Positions 39,393-48,958 of a stretch of DNA of 48,958 nt are shown piece by piece (the first letter of the stretch is position 1; each line of letters opens with the position of its first letter). The notes under the pieces were generated by a model. It was given only the letters and a program-made list of their open reading frames with translations. It made no database searches and was not told the origin of the DNA. The translations under genes were made by a program, and so were the position numbers. The DNA is taken from positions 1 through 48,958 of the forward strand of contig MU271308.1 in NCBI GenBank assembly GCA_021432655.1, written 5' to 3'. This DNA is from Atractiella rhizophila (taxonomy: Eukaryota).

Positions 39393-40226
39393 ACGATGGT
39401 GTTGAATTAAACACAGGAAGAGGAATGACGACTCGCGACCGAGCCATACTTCGCTAAAATGTAGATATCTGTCAGTACTCGGGTTTATCAACGGTCTTCC
39501 ATGAGACATTCTTCTCAAGCATAAACGAGCCAAGAGGACACACGGTTAGGGAAGGTACGACTGCTTAGGTTGAACGAAAAAAAAACCAGATGAAGTTTTC
39601 ACGGCGATGGGAAGAGGCCATCGAGCCTTCCCATCATCATAAACGACTCGTTCCACCGAGCTGCCAAACTGCCTCTCTTTCTGAACGTTCAATAAACACA
39701 AATGGAATTGACGTAGACATGACGGTAAAAGCTCTATGAAAGGACGACCCTGAGGTTTGATCGGAGGCATAATTAATCCATGTCCTGACGTAGTTCATTC
39801 CCTCCTTTCAGCAATGCATAACAGAATCCCATTCTTATGTCCTCTCGCACTTTCGCATGCAAAATAAATCACTTAAGAAACAATAGTGCGTCAAATTAAA
39901 CTCGTACCGTCTACCTCTCAAACAAAGAGACAGAGACATACCACAACTTCTCCCAAAGCACTGGGGGTACCAATACCGTCCCATCTCAGAACCTCCCTAA
40001 GCTTTTCATCGACATTAAGTATTAACCTATCAGTCTCCTCTCCTTTCCCTGACTGTCCACCTTCCCAAGCGAGATCACACAGTAGACCTTTCCACCATGC
40101 CACCGCCTGAGCATACCCGTCTGGATTAGCGGATTTTCTTGAAGGGAAGGCAGAATACAAGAATCCTAGGCGTTCGTCATTGCCCTTGAATTCTGGACGT
40201 GAAGACAGAAACTTTGAGGAGGGCAT
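39393..40226 (-). CDS. CHMP7: Third, 5'-only CHMP7 fragment
   Basis: Exon 1 translation identical to 35655-35963; truncated early in exon 2. Confidence 0.6.
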
Positions 40227-40321
40227 GGTGGTCGTTGTGGTTGCACGTCATGTCAGTGACACGAAAAGTAAACACGTGATCGAGACGCGAAAATAAACCA
40301 CGACTTTCCATCTGACTTTCA

Positions 40322-41899
40322 ATGCCAGCATCGACCGTGAATCCAGTCTCTACAACTACAGATCCACTATCAGGCTTTGAATTTATATCTTGTCGGATCT
40401 GCCGACGCGACTTTTTACTGAGCGGAAGACAGAATGAGGACGTGGGATTCGTAGTCACAAATTGTGGGCACGTCCTTTGCGAGCATTGCATTGGTGCCGG
40501 AGGTGAAGGTGCGCTCCTCACATATCCTCAAATATCTACAGGAAATTGTGTGAAGAAGCGAGTGCACGTTGTCCTGTCTGCGGCAAGTTCAGAGCTAGTG
40601 TTCAACGACTTTCAGTGGATATGCATCCATCAATGGCCTTTTATTTTCGCCCTCTTACTACTTTATGCAAAGAGATGAGTGGAGCGCTACATGTTTGTCC
40701 ATGCTCTCTTCACCTCATATCCTTGGTTTCCGCCACTTTTGCTGATTGTAGACCAGTTCCAAACGGATAACATGGTTGAACAACTTCGATTCTTTAAATC
40801 CCAATGCCTTGAACTTAAGCACCAGATAGGAGACGTAGAATCAATGAAGAGGTGATATTGACTCTGATTCATTGCCCGCCTGAGATTGGGTGACACACTT
40901 TTGGGGGCAGAGAGCTGAAATCTCAAGCAGAAGAGAATTCCCAGCTGCGTTCTGAGCTCGCCCGGTTACGATCGCAACTCGATTCTCGACCACCACAGCA
41001 GATCCAACAACAACACCTACCAAATTCAGCAGCATCGATGCACCAAATGAACGAAGAGTACTTTCATCCATCCCAATTCACCCACCAATATGCGCAATCT
41101 TCATTCTCGGATGGCAGCGTGTATATTTCTGCTCAGGCAGGTCGAGGAACAAAACGCAAACTGCCCGCAGAATTAGACGCATTGTTAGTACCCTCCTCTC
41201 AACTTGTCCTGCTCCCACCGCTGATGCGCGGTGGTGCGTAGACATCCTTCAAAGCAACCGTTATCGAGCTTTGTTGACAACCATCGCCAAATCTCCACAC
41301 CGAGATCAGAAACACCAGCTCAGAAGCTACAGTGCGTCTTCAAGTTCCTCACCTTACTTTCAACTCCTAAAGCAGGATCCAGAAAATTCTACTCTCCTGA
41401 TCATGACGCCGTCAAGTGTCCTTCGAACTATCGACCGCTAAGTGTCAGGCCTCCACCATTTCAGACATCTCGAGACCATCCAGCGACAATGCGCTGGCAA
41501 GATTCATCCAGAGTCAATTCAAACTACCCATCAATGCCCGCCACAGTCACAGCTGCTTCCCCCTTCCCCCCTCCAACTCCTAGGATGAACCGAGCGCCAT
41601 TTAATCCTCCTAATCCCGTACTTCGGCCTCCTTCGAAGGTACTGAAGCTACAAGAACAGCATGGCATACGGCCAATGGGAATACGTGAGCGTTTTTCACC
41701 TGAAAATGTCAGACCACGTAAGTTCTATAACATAGCACACGTCCCTCCCCCTCCAACAAACGATGATGCTCGTCCGATGCGCACACCAGTTCCTATTCCT
41801 GGGGCTGGCCAGGGAGGCGGAAGAGAATCCAGGAGTAGGTTCCGGCCTTCGAGTGACGTTGTTGCAAACGCGGGTAGTCGATTCGCCGGAAGAAAATGA
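40322..41899 (+). CDS. RING finger plus coiled-coil protein, Zip3/RNF212-like meiotic crossover E3 ligase
   Basis: FISCRIC...VTNCGHVLCEHC...CPVCG...MAFYF, then a coiled coil (FQTDNMVEQLRFFK) and a Pro/Arg-rich disordered tail. Confidence 0.7.
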
Positions 41900-42037
41900 C
41901 GGGAAAGTTTGAGAAGGAAAGAAAAATAGGTAACAAGAAGGTGTGTGATCCTTGTGAAGGCGTTGTTGTTGTACATTTTTGCTCTTTGTTCACCGACTGT
42001 GAAGTATACATAAATTGGCATTATAAAGTGTTATGCA

Positions 42038-42759
42038 TTATACAATGCCGTTGTTTCGCTCCTTCGAAAGACTTTCCAAAATGTTGTGATCCCATTTTGC
42101 CTAGCATTTCGTCTTAGAACTGGCTTTGAAAGAGGAATCGTACTCACCACGAAGCCTTTCTCTGTGTCGTCTTTATCGAGACGATGGACGAGCGGCGCAT
42201 TGAAACGCCCCACCATCTCCTTCAACAGCGGAAACTCCATTCCATAGCTCCTTACCAAAATTTGTGCTTCTTCTTCAGACTTTAACGCTCGAAGTTCATG
42301 GAAGAGATTGGAGAGAGCCCGTGCCGATATCCTGTTATTATGTTCCGACATGGCATCATCTAGTTGGCGGTAGCGGGAGGCATTGGGGACGTATTGCTAG
42401 GTATGGTGGAGTCAGTGAAAAGCTTTACAGAATCCATGGATGTGTGAACAAAAACCTGAGAAATGTCAGGAATCGGAACTGCACCTAACACTTTGAGATT
42501 CTTCAAGAACTGTGGATCACCCGCGTCTTTCTCAACTTCTATAGTCACAAAACGCACCTCAGGGTGATTACGAAGACACAGAAGTCTAAAGCTCACCTGC
42601 ACTTTTGATTTCCCAATTCTGCACTTCAGTATGCTGGGAACCTGAACGCGGGCTAGCTGGTTGAGGAGATGGCTTTATTGGTGGACTGAAAGCCGGCGCG
42701 ACACCATTCTTCTTGGTTCTTTCAACCAGACCTGCAACCCTCGACCCTCGTTGTCCCAT
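42038..42759 (-). CDS. Hypothetical protein, multi-exon
   Basis: MGQRGS start; exons DAGDPQFLKNLKVLGAV and ARALSNLFHEL...YGMEFPLLKEMVGRFNAP joined by canonical introns. Confidence 0.6.
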
Positions 42760-43166
42760 TGAGCTTGCTTCTACTCGCAACCCTGAATGAGAGAAGTTGG
42801 TCACTCTGTTTGTTCCAATTTGTGTCGTCGCTGCCTATCAAGACAACCCGCAAGCATTTGGCTTGGGCCAGCGGTACAAGCCCAGTGTACTGCTCGCGCG
42901 CGATTAGGCCGAAGCTCCGCAAAGGTGGAACACACATAATACGTTCGTCGCTTTCATTTTCCTCTCTGCCTACTCCATAGACTGAAAGAGGATTCCGCAG
43001 TTTAAATAACTTCAAGTAGTTGCCTCCAAGGAAGGGAAGGATAAACTGGATTGATAGGCGCGTTTTCGGTATACCTCACGTGGCGACTCAGTTGTTGACT
43101 CACTATGTCTTCACATACCGTATAACAGCCATTGCTTTGCTATCCAGTCTCCTTTTCATTTGAGGC

Positions 43167-45341
43167 ATGTCGTACACAACTGAAGTGAGCCTGGTTCTAC
43201 TCGCTGTGATCGTCTACCTCGTCGTCAAGTAGTGGGTACACTCCAGAATACACTCTCTACGACAGGTTTGACTTAATCTCGGTTGCAGTCCTGATCGCGC
43301 TATTGGGGTAACACGACGTCGGGATTTGAAAGGCCCACCTGGCTGGCCAATGTATGTGCCATTATTTTCTCATTTGCAGTCTCATTCGATGCCATCAGAG
43401 TCGGGAACTTGAACTTCAGAGCGAAGGCTGCCTTCTCAATTCGTCAATTGGAGTTCGGTCTCGCTCAATCGAGGTTATATGGCTATGCCAGGACTTTCAC
43501 TATCCCCGGTAGACGAATCATTGACGTTTCGAGGCCAGAATGGCTCGAGCACATTCAGAAAAGTGCGTTGGTCTGTCTTGTTGACAGCAGTCTTCGCTTA
43601 GAGAGAATGTCACAGCAAATTTTGACAACTATGTGAAGGGCGCCATAGTAGGTGAAGTAAGCGCTTAAGTTCTTCCTTATTTCGCGTACCTGCTAAAAGC
43701 GGCGCAGGTGATGGAAGATGTTCTTGGTCGAGGTATATTTGCTGTCGATGGAGACACTTGGTACTACCAACGAAAGACAACCTCCCATGTTTTCTCAACC
43801 TCACGCTTCCGCCACGTCATCACGGATTCGGTTTCGCACCACATCCAGATCTTGGATAAAGTACTCAAGTCTAAGGTTGGACAACCAGCAGTGAACTTGT
43901 CGGATATCTTCTACAGGTTCACGCTCGATACGTTCGCCTACATGGCTTTTGGGAAAGAGATCGGATCTCTCCACGACGAGAGCGCTGACTCGGAAGGGGC
44001 AGAAGGAAGAAAATTCGCAGCCGCTTTTGATGCATGTCAAACAAGATTAGACGAACGCTTTAACGAGTAAAATTTTCTTGCGCCTTTGGTCTGTCGCTGA
44101 GGAACAAAATGATTTAGTTTTCTCTTTTGGAAGATCCGAGAGCGTTGGTTGAGCGTTGGCAAAAGAATGCAAGCGTCCGTCAAAATAGTGAACGACTACG
44201 CGTATAGAATTATCGATGAGAAGATTGAGAAGGCCCAGTCATCACAGGACGCAGAGAGGGAGAAGGGAGCAAAAGATCTACTGGATTTATTCATGGCAGT
44301 GAGGTGTGCAAATTCGCCTGGACCGATTGTCTCTTAGTTAGGAATTGCAGACAAGAGAACGGCTCTCCTCTTTCACGCAAGGAGCTGCGAGATGCTGTAT
44401 TGAACCTCATGATTGCTGGTCGGTCAGTTTTCTATCATGGCGTGTATGCCAAGTCTGCACTGACGTTCGGACACCCTCAGTGATACTACGGCCGTTGCGT
44501 TGTCCTGGGCTTTCGTTCGCCTCCTCAGAAATCCTACATATGTTACTTGGTTACGGGAAGAAATTGATGCGAATGGTGACGATACCGTCGACTACGACAG
44601 TTTCAAGAGTTTCCATCGTGTACAGGCGGTTTGGTACGAAACTCTAAGGTTGCATCCACCAGTCCCAAAGAATATCAAGTATGCGCTGGCGCATAGATTG
44701 TCTTATGCTTGAACTAATGTCAATACTAGGATTGCTCTAAAAGATGACCAACTTCCTAATGGCCCAAAAATCGAGGCGGGGATGTTGGTACGATGGGGAG
44801 ACTGGGAGATGGGTGAGCATTTGGTTGATTTTTCCATGCTTCATTATCAAGTAAGCTGTAGGTCGCGATACTGAAATCTGGGGCGAGGATGCTTCAAGTT
44901 TTCGACCAGAGAGATGGCTCACATCTGAAGGAAATCTCCAGAGAACTGATCCATGGCGGTTCCATGCTTTCAATGCAGTAAGAGCTTTATTTGAAGATGA
45001 AAGATGCAACTAAGAGCACATACTCTCGTCAAGGGCCCAAGAATATGCGTTGGTACGCCCTGAACATGCTTCGCAACAAGGACTTATTCAGTCGTGCTGC
45101 AGGCCAACAATTCGCGACCTTCGAAGGGGTCACGGTCCTGAAAGAGGTGATCAAAAACTACGATTGGGACTTTGCCCCTGGCTATTGGGAGAATGTAGCG
45201 AAAGTTGACGGGAAGTTGGATTCTGATGACATACCGAAGGAGCTGTGCCCCGTCGAAGATACGCCGCTTTATGGTCAGTCGTTGACGCTGAACATGCAAG
45301 ATCCTCTATTGGTCACTTTCAGGACGAGGAAGTTGGGATAG
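43167..45341 (+). CDS. Cytochrome P450 (fatty-acid/alkane hydroxylase-like), many introns
   Basis: N-terminal TM; GRGIFAVDGDTWYYQRK; I-helix IAGRDTT; ETLRLHPPVP; FRPERW; heme loop FHAFNAGPRICVGQQFA. Confidence 0.95.
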
Positions 45342-45675
45342 CGAAGAACGATGCCTTAACCGAACTACCAACATCTTATCGATGTCAATGGATTCTAACT
45401 GGATTCTATATTAATCGTTGGACATTCTATTGTGTACATCATGTCGGTAATCTATGATATTCTTTACTTATCGAAGGACTCGGTTCGGCTGAGAACACGT
45501 TATCTCGGCTCCTCTTGAGCAGCGAGTGGTGTGTAAGCTGTAGGGCAAGGGACTCGTAACGACTGTTCCCTCAGCCGACTCGGAGAGCCACAACAGCCGA
45601 AATTGGGGCATGAGAGCAAAAGAGGCGTATAAAAGATCGGGCAAGTCACCTGCGGATGCACCGCGAGACACAATC

Positions 45676-46388
45676 ATGGCTAGCCCTACTCCTCGTCCTA
45701 CCTTTAGTCCACAGGTTGCAGAACCGACTGACGAGAGGAAAGCCTACGGTGGAGCGTGTCATTGTCAGGCAGTCAAGTTCACTGTTACAATCCCACCACT
45801 AGAAACACTTAAACTCTCAGATTGCAATTGTTCTGTGAGCATTCTCTGCGAAAAACTTGCAAAAGACGATTGATTCGGGTTTTGATTAGATCTGCTCCAA
45901 GAATGGATACGCATTAGTGAGTATCTCACTGGCATACTGTAGTTTATTATCATGTTCTGACATGCCTCAGGTTTACGCGTATAAGTGAGCATCTCTTCTC
46001 ACTGGGAACGACTCTAAAGCGTGCGTGTAGGGATGATGTTCACTTTGAGAAAGGACAAGGAGAGCTGACAGCCTATCGCTTCCATACCAAAGCGAATGAA
46101 CATCAGTTTTGCCCTAAATGTGGTACGCTTTAGACCTATCTGTCGAACCATCCGAGTCACACGAAGCAACGGCCTTGTATTACTAGGCTCCTCGTTATTC
46201 GTCGACTTCAAAGATAATCCTGTGGACTTCGTCAAGCCATTCATAGGAGTCAATGTGAGCACTCTTCTCCTGCCAACTCGGGGCAATATTGAACTGCATG
46301 ATGGAAGGTTCGTGCACTGGAAGGTGTAGATGCAAGGTCCCTCGAAAGCTTCCAGCGAAATGTTTTTGACGGCAAGAAAAATCTTTAG
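45676..46388 (+). CDS. GFA/Mss4-like (CENP-V family) zinc protein, paralog 1
   Basis: GACHCQAVKF, CNCSICSKNG, HQFCPKCG, GVNVRAL. Confidence 0.88.
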
Positions 46389-46716
46389 CCCCCGTTTCGT
46401 CCTAGGACTTCACGCCTATCACATAATAGTATGTTACACGAGGCTGTTGAGGGTCGAGACCTCTGAAATACTACTATCAATGTTTTCGTCTATAACTCAC
46501 TCTGACATTTGCCACAACATCATCAGGATCAATAAACCTGAATATAAATAGTCAATGAACATACACAAAGCGAAGCGATCCCCTGCAGGAGCCGCAGGAA
46601 CCATTCCACTTTGCAACACGGTCGCGTCTGTTGCTCAAGTCATTTAGTTCAATATAAGGCTGAACGCGCCAACTACTCTCCTTCCATTTCATCAGGCAGA
46701 ATCAGAAACCGCCAGC

Positions 46717-47315
46717 ATGGGTGAGGAGAAAGCATCACGACCGGGCTATCCTGCCTCTCAGAAGGATCTACTTCTCGCTAACGATGGTTCGCTGCACACT
46801 TACCCCGCAAACTGTCACTGTCAAGCCGTCAAGTTTACGGTGACAATGCCTCCTTTGGAGAATGTGATGGTTCTCGAATGCAACTGCAGTATTTGTAGCA
46901 AGAATGGATATTTACTCGTTTACCCTTTTCGGTGTGCACATCCGAGTCCCTCCACTTCTGCTCTCTCAAATGCATGAATGATACTGACGTGAAGTTGGAC
47001 ATAATAGGGATAATGTTAGGTTTGAGAAAGGGGAAGACAAGTTGAAGGAGTATCGATTTGGCAACAAGCACAATGGACAGATGTTTTGCTCTGAGTGTGG
47101 TACTAGCGTCTTGATCGATTTCAAAGATGCAAGAGAGGAATTGAGGGAATGTCTTGGGGTGAATGTATGTGATTCTCCTCCCGACTCTGAACTAATGCTG
47201 ATGTGATGCATCACAGATAAGGACGTTTGCTGATATGGATTCGCACAAGGTGTTAACTTTGAAGAAACTTCAGGACGCAGGAGACAAGAGAGAGCCTCTT
47301 TATGAAGTCAAATGA
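46717..47315 (+). CDS. GFA/Mss4-like (CENP-V family) zinc protein, paralog 2
   Basis: NCHCQAVKF, CNCSICSKNGYLLVYP, FCSECGTS, GVNIRTF. Confidence 0.9.
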
Positions 47316-47504
47316 AAATCTAGCAGGGATGACTGGGATACGGGGGCACGACGTGCGCATCGTTCAGTTTGCGTGTTCAAGCAAATATACGGGACCCAAT
47401 ATTCATTGAGTTCTTAAAGATCTTGAAAGTGGGCAGATAACTTTTATTCCTCCTTTCTTCAGATGGGACAGCGCAAAATGAGCAGAAAGATTGATTGCAC
47501 ACAC

Positions 47505-48955
47505 CTAACCATCGACCTCCATCGCTTCTCCCCTCAAATTCAATCCGACCACTTCCTCCTTCACGACATCAAACTTGACGACCTGTTCCTTTGTCCAACG
47601 AGTGGTTCCCTTCTTATACTTATAGCTCAACTCCTTCTCCACCTTCTCNNNNNNNNNNNNNNNNNNNNNNNNNNNNNNNNNNNNNNNNNNNNNNNNNNNN
47701 NNNNNNNNNNNNNNNNNNNNNNNNNNNNNNNNNNNNNNNNNNNNNNNNNNNNNNNNNNNNNNNNNNNNNNNNNNNNNNNNNNNNNNNNNNNNNNNNNNNN
47801 NNNNNNNNNNNNNNNNNNNNNNNNNNNNNNNNNNNNNNNNNNNNNNNNNNNNNNNNNNNNNNNNNNNNNNNNNNNNNNNNNNNNNNNNNNNNNNNNNNNN
47901 NNNNNNNNNNNNNNNNNNNNNNNNNNNNNNNNNNNNNNNNNNNNNNNNNNNNNNNNNNNNNNNNNNNNNNNNNNNNNNNNNNNNNNNNNNNNNNNNNNNN
48001 NNNNNNNNNNNNNAGGTCGTCATTATCTTGCTTGAAGAACTGGTGAAGTAAACTTCGAATTCCAAGCAAGCGCAAAATCATAACGGGTCTGAGTAACCTC
48101 GCCCGTGCGTAAAGATGCCAAGGGGAGGCTTGGACATTCTCAACAAGTCTCCTTGTGTGTGAAGCCAAGGAAGTGATAGGAGAAGCATATGCCAGGTGGA
48201 CGGTTGGTTTCATTGTCTGCAAAAGAAGGAAATGGTAGCAAGGACACAGTATTCAAATCCACTGGTGTATTCTGTTTGGCTTTGATTTGATGCTAAGATG
48301 CAACGCAAAGCAACTGTGACCAATGCCATTCTCTCTCATGAACTTTCCACTCTTTTAGCTTATGCCACAGTGAACGGACGAGGGCGAGTGGTAAAATTAC
48401 GAGGGGTAGGAGAGAGCATTCCAGGTAGAAGAAAATAGCAGCAGGAATGAAAGACTGACTGGAACAACATCTGCTTCAACATGGTCATGGCGGTGACCAC
48501 CCTAGGTTTCCTTCCGGTGGATAGAGAGTGGAGATGGATGTTGGAGGAGATGAGGGCGGTCGTGAATTCTGTATCTGCTGCTGTTCCGGCTCCACAGCAG
48601 TAGATGGAAGGTGAGATGTAGTGGATCTGCGCACTCAGTGTAAGAGTCGAGTTTGTGAGAGTGGTGGGAGACGTACCTTTTCGCAGTTCTTGTCAGCCAC
48701 AATAGGGCCCTCCGTCGCTATACCATCAACCAAAGTCAACATCATCTCCTCACTTCCCACCACGCAAACCCAATCCCAAACAAAACAATTGACTGGCTAC
48801 TCACCTCTGGTATCAGCACCCAACGCTATCCCGCCATCATACAAACAACCGACAATCGTGGTACCGGTGGAAGTGGCCTTGGGGAGATGTAACTGCTTTT
48901 GGGTGCTGAGGTGGGCATTGCGGTGGTGGTTGCTGAAGGAGAAGCCGGATGCCAT
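47505..48955 (-). CDS. PUP1: 20S proteasome subunit beta-2 (middle exons in N gap)
   Basis: Propeptide FSFSNHHRN, KATSTG/TTIVG, GADTRATEGPIVADKNCEK, YCCGAGTAADTEFTT; C-terminal YKYKKGTT. Confidence 0.95.
47649..48013. other. Assembly gap (N run)
   Basis: Run of N inside PUP1. Confidence 1.
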
Positions 48956-48958
48956 GTT

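Larger units (their letters stand above)
37372..41415. repeat. Tandem duplication 5: 37372-39391 / 39393-41415
   Basis: 5' part of CHMP7 plus most of the RING gene repeated; A-run at junction 39391-39393. Confidence 0.95.

Noticed and set aside
15737..41415. Duplicated units as LTRs or transposons
   Set aside because: No TG..CA ends, TIRs, TSDs or transposase/RT coding; the units are ordinary host sequence.
1..48958. Many short antisense or overlapping ORFs in the six-frame track; CRISPR arrays, tRNA and rRNA genes
   Set aside because: The ORFs are shadows of the spliced genes listed; no repeat-spacer array, cloverleaf or rRNA-like sequence was recognised.

Overview
Gene-dense, intron-rich fungal genomic DNA, probably a basidiomycete (GT-AG introns mostly ~45-65 nt; two N gaps). 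About 22 protein-coding loci can be reconstructed across introns. Left half: RlpA/expansin-like secreted protein, NiCoT nickel transporter, SPT3, TenA-family protein, VPS54, secreted alpha/beta hydrolase, PEX16, acidic secreted protein, exosome MTR3-like, RAD18, ADE4. Right half: Zn2Cys6 factor, CWF18, MIC12-like, SEN34, CHMP7/Cmp7, Zip3/RNF212-like RING protein, a hypothetical protein, a cytochrome P450, two GFA/CENP-V paralogs, proteasome beta-2 (PUP1). Two things stand out. (1) Several conserved genes carry unusually long, visibly structured introns. The clearest is a 783-nt first intron of ADE4 behind a 4-nt coding exon, with long-range helices, a possible pseudoknot and GNRA-capped hairpins; it is a candidate undescribed intronic ncRNA or splicing-control element. 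(2) Five head-to-tail near-identical duplications (0.65-2.2 kb) all join at an A, which most likely reflects two haplotypes assembled in tandem rather than real duplication. All gene models and helices were read by eye; no searches or folding were run.
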